From positions 16,455 to 80,454 of the forward strand of contig JACQRW010000007.1 of assembly GCA_016206285.1 (NCBI GenBank): 64,000 nt of DNA. Direction: 5' to 3'. Numbering within the stretch: position 1 is the first letter of the stretch; the number at the start of each line of letters is the position of its first letter. Shown here one piece after another: positions 30,657-39,888 of the stretch. The position numbers and the translations under genes are program-made. Below the pieces are notes generated by a model that ran no database searches, was not told the DNA's origin, and saw only the letters and a list, made by a program, of their open reading frames with translations. This stretch comes from Candidatus Sungiibacteriota bacterium (GTDB taxonomy: Bacteria > Patescibacteriota > Minisyncoccia > Sungbacterales > HO2-52-23).

Positions 30657-31355
30657 ATGATTATCCCGAATAAAGCAATTAAATACATACTATTCCAGCG
30701 GACGGAATATCTGCTCTCCATGAAAAGTCCGTTATTAAACCGTTTCGTGGTACGCGTACCATCGCGCATGTACAATCTGGCAGTTACACTGGAGGCTCTC
30801 CTGACCAAACCGCGGGTCAAGCGTCTGTTTCAAGAAGACATGGAGCGCGAGTATGCCATTTTGAAGCCCTATCTGCCGGCGCACGCCCGCACGATTCTTG
30901 ATATCGGAGCAGGCGTAGGCGGCATTGACATACTGCTTGGCAAGCACTATGAGCAGGACAAGCCTATGATCTATCTGCTCGATAAGACAGAAATGCCCAA
31001 AAAAGTCTACTACGGCCTGGAACAAAAGGGCTGTTATTACAACTCGCTTTCTTTGGCAAAAGATATGCTCGTTCAAAATGGCCTTACTGCCGGCCATATT
31101 ATCACTCAAGAAGCAGACAATGATTACCGAATCAATTTTGATGCAAAATTCGATCTGGTGATCTCGCTGATTTCATGGGGATTTCACTATCCTATTGCGA
31201 CCTATCTTGATCAGGTTTACGCGCTGCTGGCACCTGGCGGCATACTTATCCTTGACGTGCGCAAGGGCACAGAAGAAGAGATAATGAAAAAATTCGGTAA
31301 CGCAACAAAAATTTTTGAAGCGCGGAAATATTTCAGAGTCATGGCGCGAAAATAG
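30657..31355 (+). CDS. Class I SAM-dependent methyltransferase (paralog 2)
   Basis: Paralog of 28821-29576; TTGCCA-N17-TACACT (30621-30649) suggests a leaderless start at 30657 (30651 is an alternative). Confidence 0.8.
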   Translation: MIIPNKAIKYILFQRTEYLLSMKSPLLNRFVVRVPSRMYNLAVTLEALLTKPRVKRLFQEDMEREYAILKPYLPAHARTILDIGAGVGGIDILLGKHYEQDKPMIYLLDKTEMPKKVYYGLEQKGCYYNSLSLAKDMLVQNGLTAGHIITQEADNDYRINFDAKFDLVISLISWGFHYPIATYLDQVYALLAPGGILILDVRKGTEEEIMKKFGNATKIFEARKYFRVMARK

Positions 31356-31380
31356 ACTTTAAACTTTTTTATATCGCCTT

Positions 31381-32544
31381 GTGCGGCTCATCTACCTCAC
31401 CTCAAAAAGTTATCCGGCAAGCACTGCAGACCATATCTATATCCTCCAGCTCGCGCGAGGTTTTTTTCACGTACTCAGAGAAGATTTTTTGCTCGTAGTG
31501 GCCGGCAACCGATCTGAACCGGTCCGATCAAGCCATCAAGACGGACAGACGTCTGATCACACAACTGCATCGGATGATTTCCGGAATCTGCCGGTATACA
31601 GAGTCGGCTGGCGCTATGGAAGATTCCGAACGATTTTCTATTTTTTTTGGCTTCCCTATTTTATTATTTCACATAAGCATGCCGGGCACAGCACTGTCTT
31701 TTTTTCAAACGATCCGAATCTGCTGCTGGTGCTTATCTTCTGGCGGATAGTCTTTTACTATCGCATCGTATCTGACTGGCATATGCTTTTTAACGACTGG
31801 CGGGACCGCTTCATCATGCAAAAAAGCGACCAGCTTATCACTACCTCGCAGAAATTGAAAAACGCGATGATACAAACCTCCGGCATCCGGGAAGAGACGA
31901 CCTGCGTTGCATACGGAGGCATTAATCTTGCGCTCTATCAACCTCTTGACCAAAGTGCGGCGCGCACATTACTGCGCCTCCCGCAAGATAAATATATTGT
32001 GGCATATATCGGTTTTTTTAAAACGCTTGGTATGGAAAAAGGAGTGGGTACTATGATCGAGGCTCTGCCGCTCCTGCCGGAGAATATTCTTATGCTTTTT
32101 GTCGGGGGTAGCGACCGCGAGATAACGGAATATCAGAAGTTTGCGGATGCACGGCATGTCGGCAACCGGTGCATATTTATAGGCAAGAAAAAACCAACGG
32201 AACTTCCGCCATATGAACAGGCGGCCGATCTCCTCTCCATCCCCTATCCGGATTTGCCGCATTTCAGGGATTACGGCTTCCCCATGAAAGTATACGAGTA
32301 CATGGCGAGCAGACGGCCGATTGTCTACTCAAAACTTGAGCTTGTCGAAGAAGTGATCGGCGACTGCGCATTTGGTTTTATCCCAGGCAGTATGCAGGAT
32401 TTTGCCCGGGCAGTGCAGGAAGCTGCTTCCCACCCGGATCAAGCAAAAGCATACGCAGAATCGGCGTATGCTAAAGTGCAGAATTATACATGGAATAGAA
32501 AGGCGGAGCAGATTGCGGACTTCATCACTTCTTCTTCCCGATGA
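31381..32544 (+). CDS. Glycosyltransferase family 4
   Basis: EKGVG, FPMKVYEYMASRRPIV. Confidence 0.88.
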   Translation: MRLIYLTSKSYPASTADHIYILQLARGFFHVLREDFLLVVAGNRSEPVRSSHQDGQTSDHTTASDDFRNLPVYRVGWRYGRFRTIFYFFWLPYFIISHKHAGHSTVFFSNDPNLLLVLIFWRIVFYYRIVSDWHMLFNDWRDRFIMQKSDQLITTSQKLKNAMIQTSGIREETTCVAYGGINLALYQPLDQSAARTLLRLPQDKYIVAYIGFFKTLGMEKGVGTMIEALPLLPENILMLFVGGSDREITEYQKFADARHVGNRCIFIGKKKPTELPPYEQAADLLSIPYPDLPHFRDYGFPMKVYEYMASRRPIVYSKLELVEEVIGDCAFGFIPGSMQDFARAVQEAASHPDQAKAYAESAYAKVQNYTWNRKAEQIADFITSSSR

Positions 32545-34162
32545 TATAGAGATGCGCCGCCACGGCATCGGCTCCGGGCATGCTCATGAACAGGAGGTCG
32601 AGGTACTTGAGGGGGCCGAGTACAAGCATGAAAACGTGCGCCAAAACAGGCGCTATTTTTTTTGATCCGAACGCGAAAATCACGCCAAGCCAGTATGCAA
32701 GAAACATAAGAAACGCGCTCCATGGTCCGGATCGCACGCCGCTCTCAATAATCTCAAGATCAGGAAAAAGCTGTTTGAGCCCGCTGACGGTCCAGCGGTT
32801 AAAATCGTCCGGAGAGGCGTGATACGGGTGCACAAACGGCGCACTCACATAGAGAAGACCGCCGGGTTTGAGCACGCGCGACATCTCGGCCGCAACTTTC
32901 ACCGGATCTGCTACATGCTCCAAGAGAGACTCGCTCACCACGCCGTCCGCCGTACCGGCAGGAAACGGAAGAGCCGAGGCATCGGCCACCACGTCAACCT
33001 GCGGAAACGGGTACACGTCAATGTTGATGAATTCCTCACCGAGCCGTTCGGGCCCGGATCCAACATCAAGAAGGATCGGGCCATCGGGAAGCATGGGAAG
33101 AATTTTTCGGGGACCGTTGCGTATCATAAGCACCGGACAAAAAAGATGCCAGATGCCATAATACAGTTTCGGAAATTGCTTGAGAAATGACTTGAGCCAA
33201 TTCACCCCGGATACATGCTCTTCGGTGTTTAATGCAAGCGCATCTTGGCTGATCAGCAAGGGTCTGCCTGCAGAATCAACGGCAAAACTACCGTGTTCGG
33301 CACAAACATAACCGGAGTCCCACGCCGATTGCGGAAGAAAATTCACAGATACGAGCATTGGTACGGGCGCGCCTGCATAAGGTACGGAAGATGAAGACTG
33401 TAACATCTTGCCGCAAAACGGACAACAAAGAAGCTTTGAGACATCTTTGGGAACATAGGCAATCGGTTTCCGGAGATATAAAAGCCGGTCTCCGGCCAAA
33501 GCAAGTACGGCATGAATTCCATCGCGATATGTTATCTTTTTGCCTTGAGCAACCGGCCGCGGATTGTGCGATATCGGCACCTCGCCGATAGACAATCCCC
33601 TGCGCGCGAGTGCCGCAGTAAAGAGCAACTCGGATTCGAAACCTCCGGCTCGGAAATCGCGTGCGGCCGATGCGGGAAAAAGTTTGTAGCACGTCCATGC
33701 ATCGGTCAGAGAAAGTCCGTACGACAGATTGAGAAGCCGGGTAATAGCCCATACGCCGGCACGGGGTATCAAGAAACCCTCGCGCTTTTTTTTACTCAAA
33801 TTGCGCGAACCGTAAATCACATTTCCCTTGCCTTCTTCAAGCCCCCGGATGAGACTTGGAATTTCGTTCGGATCATATTCAAGATCGGCATCCTGGATAA
33901 GCGCGTATTGCCCGGTCGCCTCTTGAAGCCCTTGGCGAACCGCTGAACCTTTTCCCCCATTCTTTTCCTGCAGGATCACCTTGATGTGGTCTTGGTATGC
34001 GGCCAAGATATCTCTGGTGCCATCGTGCGATCCGTCATCAACCACAATGATTTCTTTTTCCCATGATCCGGGCAATTGCACCTGCTCCACCCGGTGAAGC
34101 AGTTCGCGGATCGTTTCCCGCTCGTTGTAGCAGGGAATAATAATCGAAAGTTTTTTAGTCAT
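32525..34162 (-). CDS. Polyprenol-phosphate GT2 fused to a Zn-ribbon and class I methyltransferase
   Basis: IIIPCYNE, VDDGSHDGT, NGGKG, QDADLEYDP; CPFC..CAEH; LDVGSG, LLEHV, HPYHASPDDFNRW. Confidence 0.85.
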   Translation of the reverse strand: MTKKLSIIIPCYNERETIRELLHRVEQVQLPGSWEKEIIVVDDGSHDGTRDILAAYQDHIKVILQEKNGGKGSAVRQGLQEATGQYALIQDADLEYDPNEIPSLIRGLEEGKGNVIYGSRNLSKKKREGFLIPRAGVWAITRLLNLSYGLSLTDAWTCYKLFPASAARDFRAGGFESELLFTAALARRGLSIGEVPISHNPRPVAQGKKITYRDGIHAVLALAGDRLLYLRKPIAYVPKDVSKLLCCPFCGKMLQSSSSVPYAGAPVPMLVSVNFLPQSAWDSGYVCAEHGSFAVDSAGRPLLISQDALALNTEEHVSGVNWLKSFLKQFPKLYYGIWHLFCPVLMIRNGPRKILPMLPDGPILLDVGSGPERLGEEFINIDVYPFPQVDVVADASALPFPAGTADGVVSESLLEHVADPVKVAAEMSRVLKPGGLLYVSAPFVHPYHASPDDFNRWTVSGLKQLFPDLEIIESGVRSGPWSAFLMFLAYWLGVIFAFGSKKIAPVLAHVFMLVLGPLKYLDLLFMSMPGADAVAAHLYIIGKKK

Positions 34163-35582
34163 AAATTGGAAATACTCTCCTGAGTAGTCGGCTGCCAAGC
34201 AGTGTAAACCCATAGACGGCAAACGTCAAAATAAGCGCATTGACCGGGATACGGAAACGCGCATTAACACCGAGCCCGTTTATGGCCGTAGTAAGCGCAA
34301 AGTATGCGATCAGAAACAGTGCAATTGTTCCGGGCAAATGAAAACGGCGGTCCCGGAAAAACAGCACAATCCCGCATAAAAACAAGAGCGTACCCAGAAT
34401 CCAAATCATGCGGGCACACATAACGATAATTGCCGGAGAAAACAGCATGTCTTTGAGGAGAGGCATCGCGCGAATCGGATTTTGCAGTGCAAGGATGAAC
34501 GACGGCCGGCTGCCCGCCATCGGCAGACTGATGCCCGCATGCTGCAACACCACGAGCATGCCGTCATGCGTGAAAAATGTAGTTAGCGTAACGCCTATAG
34601 ATTTGATAATTCCTGCCGGATGTTTTTTTAGCTCTGCGACCGCCCGATCCTGATAGGTCTTGGATGTGGCAAGCGTAATATCCCGCCAATCAAGATTTTG
34701 TTCCCGAAACCATCGGTCATACTCTGTTTGAAAACCGGTTCCATTTTCAAGTGCCCGCACCGAAGGAACCAGATAGACCATAAGATTGAAGCTCGGCTGT
34801 GCGCTCATGCCAAGCACGCCGAATTCATGTCTATTGCGCAGAAGCCACGGAGCGATAATTGCAAGAAATACCATAAAAAATAATGCGAATTGCCCGAGCA
34901 ATTTTTTTGACCAACGGTCGCGCCGTTCGACTGAGCTCACGGTCGAAGTCCAATACCATGCCAGCCCCGCCGGCAACAAAATCGGAAGGTATTGCACGGT
35001 GGGTTTGACCAGTGTTGCCAGACCGAGAAACAAGCCGGCCATCGCGCTCGAGCGCAATGATGGCATTTCCGTATAACGGAACAGGTATAGAAGAAAGAGA
35101 AGAAACAGCGCCGTAAAAAGCGTTTCTGTGTAAAAAATAAAAGAAAGCAGAATCGAATACGGTTCAAACGCAAGCAGCCACCCAACCCACCAACTCATGC
35201 TCCGCGATCCGGTGATCTGTCGGCTGACCAGCATGCCCAGCAGCGGGATCAGACTTCCGACAAGCATCTGACACAAAGCAACGACCCAATAGCTTCCGGT
35301 CAGGTATAAAGGAATGGCAAGAAAAAGAGGATACACCGGGGGGCGCAAAGGATTTGGCAGATAGGGCGCATGATCCTCCCAACTTATTCCGTGCCCTTGG
35401 ACCAGATTCCTGCTCAACTCAAAATAACCGTCGTCCCCATGGATGGTATTGATGAGATTCCCCTGCTCCGCATGCAGATTGATGCTGAACAAAACAATCC
35501 GCGCCAGCAGTGCTACGCAAAAAAGAAGAATTTCAACTTTATACTTTTTTACCCACGAGGTAATTCGCAGATTAAACGCCAT
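34155..35582 (-). CDS. GT-C (GT39/ArnT-like) membrane glycosyltransferase
   Basis: Multiple TM segments, DDGYF, RPPVYPLFL, TETLF, LVKP, PWLLRN, NARFRIP. Confidence 0.82.
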   Translation of the reverse strand: MAFNLRITSWVKKYKVEILLFCVALLARIVLFSINLHAEQGNLINTIHGDDGYFELSRNLVQGHGISWEDHAPYLPNPLRPPVYPLFLAIPLYLTGSYWVVALCQMLVGSLIPLLGMLVSRQITGSRSMSWWVGWLLAFEPYSILLSFIFYTETLFTALFLLFLLYLFRYTEMPSLRSSAMAGLFLGLATLVKPTVQYLPILLPAGLAWYWTSTVSSVERRDRWSKKLLGQFALFFMVFLAIIAPWLLRNRHEFGVLGMSAQPSFNLMVYLVPSVRALENGTGFQTEYDRWFREQNLDWRDITLATSKTYQDRAVAELKKHPAGIIKSIGVTLTTFFTHDGMLVVLQHAGISLPMAGSRPSFILALQNPIRAMPLLKDMLFSPAIIVMCARMIWILGTLLFLCGIVLFFRDRRFHLPGTIALFLIAYFALTTAINGLGVNARFRIPVNALILTFAVYGFTLLGSRLLRRVFPIYD

Positions 35583-35587
35583 GTCAG

Positions 35588-36418
35588 CTATAAAGACTGG
35601 ATAAGCTTGGTAAGAGCTTTCTGATCGTTGACTGCAAGCCAGCACTGCCCAGGAATCCCAAACGAGTAGAGTTTCCGCTCTTCAACCAGCAAGGGAAACA
35701 AAACACTCTCAAAATCAATTTTTTTATTGAGATCAAACAGCCGCGGAAAGTACTCGTACGCCGCGGGAGAAAACAGAGTTACGCCGATATGCGCCGGAAC
35801 CGGAATATGCGGGTACATCTCGGTTTGTACAACCACCCCATCTTTGATCTTCATGCCGGTAAACGCATACGGAGAGCCATCCGCGACCACTGAGGTTGCG
35901 ATCATACCCCGCCGGGTACCGGCAAGATGCGCGGCAACAGCATCCCGGACAAAATCTCCATCATAGTTGATGATTTGATCGTCGGGATTATGCACGATAC
36001 AACTCCGATCCAGAGCGATTGATCCGTTTTCAAGCGCATGACGCATCGCACCTCCTTTGCCAACAGGCTGTTTAGGATCGCGGCTGTATGTTATGCTGAT
36101 TCCGAGTCGGCTGCCATCACCCAGTAAATTTATAATAGAGTCGGCATTATGAAAAACGAGTGCGGCGAAGTTTTTAAACCCGGCATCGCGGTACATGCGG
36201 ATTGTCCGCTCAATCATGGTGTCGCCATTGGGAAGCGTCACCGAATTTTTCTGAACATGGTGGGAATCGGAAATTGTTTTGAAGCGCGAACCTTCCCCGC
36301 CCGCCATAAGCGCCACCACACAGTTTTGTGTGAACGCGCTCCATGCGGCATCGTCGAGTTGTTCCCGGCTTCCCTGGCTGTATATTTCCTGCTGCAGTTT
36401 TTTGAGCGCATCTTTCAT
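35588..36418 (-). CDS. Sugar-phosphate nucleotidyltransferase
   Basis: LMAGGEGSRF, GDGSRLGISITY, GKGGA. Confidence 0.82.
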   Translation of the reverse strand: MKDALKKLQQEIYSQGSREQLDDAAWSAFTQNCVVALMAGGEGSRFKTISDSHHVQKNSVTLPNGDTMIERTIRMYRDAGFKNFAALVFHNADSIINLLGDGSRLGISITYSRDPKQPVGKGGAMRHALENGSIALDRSCIVHNPDDQIINYDGDFVRDAVAAHLAGTRRGMIATSVVADGSPYAFTGMKIKDGVVVQTEMYPHIPVPAHIGVTLFSPAAYEYFPRLFDLNKKIDFESVLFPLLVEERKLYSFGIPGQCWLAVNDQKALTKLIQSL

Positions 36419-36426
36419 AAAATGAA

Positions 36427-37584
36427 TTATCGCGGACGTTCCATAAAACCCAAGATTGCCCGTGCACGATTTTCCCATGTGTACTGCTGCACTTTGACAA
36501 ATGCAGCCGGGACAAGCGCCTCGGCGATTTCCGGATGCTCCATTGCCTTTTGTATGCCCGCGGCAAGTTCCAGCGGATCATCCGGCACCACAAGAATCGC
36601 GCTTGCATCATCCACAATCTCGGTGATTGAAGGGATGCGGGATGCTACAATCGGCCGCTTGCTCGCCATATATTCAAACAGCTTCATCGGCGAGGTATAG
36701 TATTTTGAAATATCCTCTTTTGCGGTATTAGGCAGCACCAGGACATCGCCAGCTTTTTGCCATAGCGGCATTTCCTGATGAGAACGATAACCCTCGATCC
36801 GTATCTTTGGGTTGCTGCCGTACGCTTGACGAAAACGCATAATATCGTCTCCCGAACCTCCTATAAATACCACCAGAAAGCCGTCCGGAAGGTAATTGGC
36901 GGCCTCGGCCAGCGTATCCACACCCTTCCAGACAAACAAACTTCCCGTATAGATAACCATATATCGCTTATGCTCCAGATGCAAGAGGCGCCGCGCTTCT
37001 TCCTTGGTTGCCGTAATGTCAAAAAGCCCTATGTCCACGGCATTAGGCTGGTACAAAACCTTAGGCGCACTTTCGGGAAAGAGCTCCTGAAATTTCTTTG
37101 CTTTCCATTTGTTGTGGATCAAAATCCAGCGCATACTGCGGCAAAAGCGGGCAAAGAGAAACAGCTTGCTTTCCGGAAAGTCATGCATCTCATAAAACGT
37201 ATTGCAAAAAGAAAAAGAACACAGCCATAGCGGCAAGATCTCATTCGAGTAGACGATATCCGTTTTTACCGCACATCGCAGAAGATATCGCCAAGAGCTT
37301 AGCGCAAAAGATAAAGAGATCAGAAAAAAATTAACCGCATCAGGGATCCCCCATCGATAGCCATCCATTATAGGAAGGAAGATAACGGAAAAGTTTTTAC
37401 GGATGCCGTAATGCGTAAACGGATCCGCTACCAGACGTCCGATACGCCGAGGCACCAACAGCGTCACGTCCACTCCCTCTGCCGCAAACACTTCGCAGCT
37501 TTTCGCGGCAAAAAGCGCCGCCGCCTTCTCGCTCGGAAATCTGCCCCCATACATGACAAACATGCGCCGTCTTTGTTTTTGCAT
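36427..37584 (-). CDS. Glycosyltransferase family 4
   Basis: WKGVD, SPMKLFEYMASKRPIV. Confidence 0.9.
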   Translation of the reverse strand: MQKQRRRMFVMYGGRFPSEKAAALFAAKSCEVFAAEGVDVTLLVPRRIGRLVADPFTHYGIRKNFSVIFLPIMDGYRWGIPDAVNFFLISLSFALSSWRYLLRCAVKTDIVYSNEILPLWLCSFSFCNTFYEMHDFPESKLFLFARFCRSMRWILIHNKWKAKKFQELFPESAPKVLYQPNAVDIGLFDITATKEEARRLLHLEHKRYMVIYTGSLFVWKGVDTLAEAANYLPDGFLVVFIGGSGDDIMRFRQAYGSNPKIRIEGYRSHQEMPLWQKAGDVLVLPNTAKEDISKYYTSPMKLFEYMASKRPIVASRIPSITEIVDDASAILVVPDDPLELAAGIQKAMEHPEIAEALVPAAFVKVQQYTWENRARAILGFMERPR

Positions 37585-37606
37585 AATCTATCGTTTTACG
37601 ATGTCC

Positions 37607-38662
37607 TTATATTTTTAGTTCCATTATGCACATGATTTTCTCGATCAACCCTTCGACGCGATGATGTTCAACCACAATAGCACGCATTGAGTGCCTAAGA
37701 TCGTCACGAGCAAGAATATCCATGTGCATGAGCACCATGAGCTTTTTTGCAAGCTCAACAGAGTTCTTTTTTTCAAACATGAGCAGGTCGCAATGTTTTC
37801 CAAGTACGTCCATATACGCCTCGTTGCACGTCAACACAGGGAGTCCGGTTGCCATGGCCTCGAGCCCGGCTTTGTCGAGACTGCCGGTAAGTCCGGTGTT
37901 CACGAAAATATCGGCACTTTGAAGATACACCAAAATATCTTTATGCGGCACTCCGCCAATAAACCGGATATGCGGTCCCATTTTTTTTTCTTTAACCGCA
38001 CGATACAGTTCCTCGGCATAGGACTCCTGCCCCCCACGACCCGCACTGCCGATAATATCCGCCTCAAACCGCTCGCCAGCCTCCGCAAGCAATACAAGCG
38101 CTTGTATCAGCGTCTGCTGATCTTTTGCCGGGGAAAGTCTGCCAATCATGATAATCTTTGGCACTACATTTTCTTGCCGCACGATAGGAGCAAAGTGATC
38201 CGTATCAATCCCCTGGCCGACAATACGCACCTTCTTACTTGGCAGTCTGAAGCCGCTTGCTGTCGAGGTAAATATGACATCAGCCATTTTCTCCCCGGCG
38301 CGCAAAGACATACTTATTGCCCCATGCGCATACCAAAGTGATATTTTTTTCCGAAGCAGCCGCCACTCCAACCATCCCAATATGACATAAATCTGATTCA
38401 TATGCACAAACACCGCATCATATGCATTTCGCTCGCGCCAGATTAAATACCAGAAACGCAGCGCGTATCGTAAGCGGGATGACCCGCGCTCTTTTCCCAG
38501 AGAAAAAACTTTCACGTTCTGCGGCAAATGATGCGTTCCTTCTTCAAGACAAATCACCGCCAGCGCCTCGCACCGTTTGGCGAATTCCTCGATCCACCGG
38601 TGCATAAATCCAAGCACCTGGTCCCGCTCGTCAACTTTTTGCGTGATAATCAGTAATTTCAT
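37607..38662 (-). CDS. Glycosyltransferase family 4
   Basis: GRLSPAK, GSLDKAGLEAMATG. Confidence 0.9.
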   Translation of the reverse strand: MKLLIITQKVDERDQVLGFMHRWIEEFAKRCEALAVICLEEGTHHLPQNVKVFSLGKERGSSRLRYALRFWYLIWRERNAYDAVFVHMNQIYVILGWLEWRLLRKKISLWYAHGAISMSLRAGEKMADVIFTSTASGFRLPSKKVRIVGQGIDTDHFAPIVRQENVVPKIIMIGRLSPAKDQQTLIQALVLLAEAGERFEADIIGSAGRGGQESYAEELYRAVKEKKMGPHIRFIGGVPHKDILVYLQSADIFVNTGLTGSLDKAGLEAMATGLPVLTCNEAYMDVLGKHCDLLMFEKKNSVELAKKLMVLMHMDILARDDLRHSMRAIVVEHHRVEGLIEKIMCIMELKI

Positions 38663-38681
38663 AACAGATAAGACTGCTATC

Positions 38682-39863
38682 CTACTCCTTCCTCTTGCGT
38701 GTCTGTATATAGACTATTTCGTCTTTACTAATTTGAAACGCACTAGAGCTATCTCCATCTTTCCCAACGACGAAGACAAATTGACTAGATTCTCCAATCA
38801 AGAATAAATGCCGCTCCTTAGAAAGAGGAAGTTCTTGCTTCATTTTAACCTCGACTTCTCTAGGCTCACCACCACCAATAGAGAAAGGGATCCTTGGAAA
38901 AATGATTTGCCCAAACAAAATAAGAGCGCCGATAATTGGAATAAAGATGTGCTGAAATGTTAGTTGCAAGCTGTTAAGTGAGTTCACACTGCCGAAACTT
39001 TTGAATATATCCAACGATAATCCATCTTTAGGAAGATAGAAGTTCAGAAAAAAGTAAGTGGTGAGAATAGTGACATAGAACCATGCGAAAACTAAATTAG
39101 GAGTTAATGTTTGATGACTATTAAAAGAATTAAAATCAAATAGGCTGACTTTAAGTTTCAGATAGGAGTAATAAGCGATACTTGCTAAGACGCAGAGAAT
39201 GAGAGTCTCTATAGAACACCTTAAGAGATATAACGGGGTTAAGAGCTTTTTTTCCGCTTTGGGATTTTCTTGAATCTCTTCTTTTTTTACTTCATCGGCA
39301 CTAAGGGGTTCTTTTTTTCTTCTTGGAACATTGTCTTGGATAATAAAAATGAGGACTAAAACCAGAAATGCGATGAGGGAGTACGAAAATGCGTATATGG
39401 CAAATTTAATAATAAAATTAGAACCACCGCCTAGTTTCAAGTTAAATCCATCGATAAAATAACCAATAAAATCATAATTTCCAAACCATGGTTTAAAAGT
39501 AAGACTCTCTTCCTTTGCTGGAGAGATGTACTTTCCTAGATCAAAGAATAAAGAGAGGGCATAGCTAGCACCCCATATTAGTGACCAAAACGTAAAGTAA
39601 GATTGAAAGCGATCAGACCAGCCCTCTACATCATAAATTTTTTTCAGAGAAACATCCTTGTATAACCGCCACACGATTAATAGGACAAGAGTAATTGCAA
39701 GAAAAGAGAAAAAGCCAGCAATAATAAATCGGGAATTAACTACATCGAAACTTACAATGCCAAAACGGGCAAAATATGAAGTTAGCGAGATAAAGCCAAA
39801 AAGATAAAGTACAACTCCGCAGGCAACAAATAATTTTGATATCTCTTTCACTTTCTCAAACAT
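38682..39863 (-). CDS. AT-rich multi-pass membrane hypothetical protein
   Basis: 393-aa ORF with many hydrophobic segments; visibly more AT-rich than the flanking GT4 genes. Confidence 0.75.
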   Translation of the reverse strand: MFEKVKEISKLFVACGVVLYLFGFISLTSYFARFGIVSFDVVNSRFIIAGFFSFLAITLVLLIVWRLYKDVSLKKIYDVEGWSDRFQSYFTFWSLIWGASYALSLFFDLGKYISPAKEESLTFKPWFGNYDFIGYFIDGFNLKLGGGSNFIIKFAIYAFSYSLIAFLVLVLIFIIQDNVPRRKKEPLSADEVKKEEIQENPKAEKKLLTPLYLLRCSIETLILCVLASIAYYSYLKLKVSLFDFNSFNSHQTLTPNLVFAWFYVTILTTYFFLNFYLPKDGLSLDIFKSFGSVNSLNSLQLTFQHIFIPIIGALILFGQIIFPRIPFSIGGGEPREVEVKMKQELPLSKERHLFLIGESSQFVFVVGKDGDSSSAFQISKDEIVYIQTRKRKE

Positions 39864-39888
39864 ATAGATAATTTAAAAAGATTACCAA

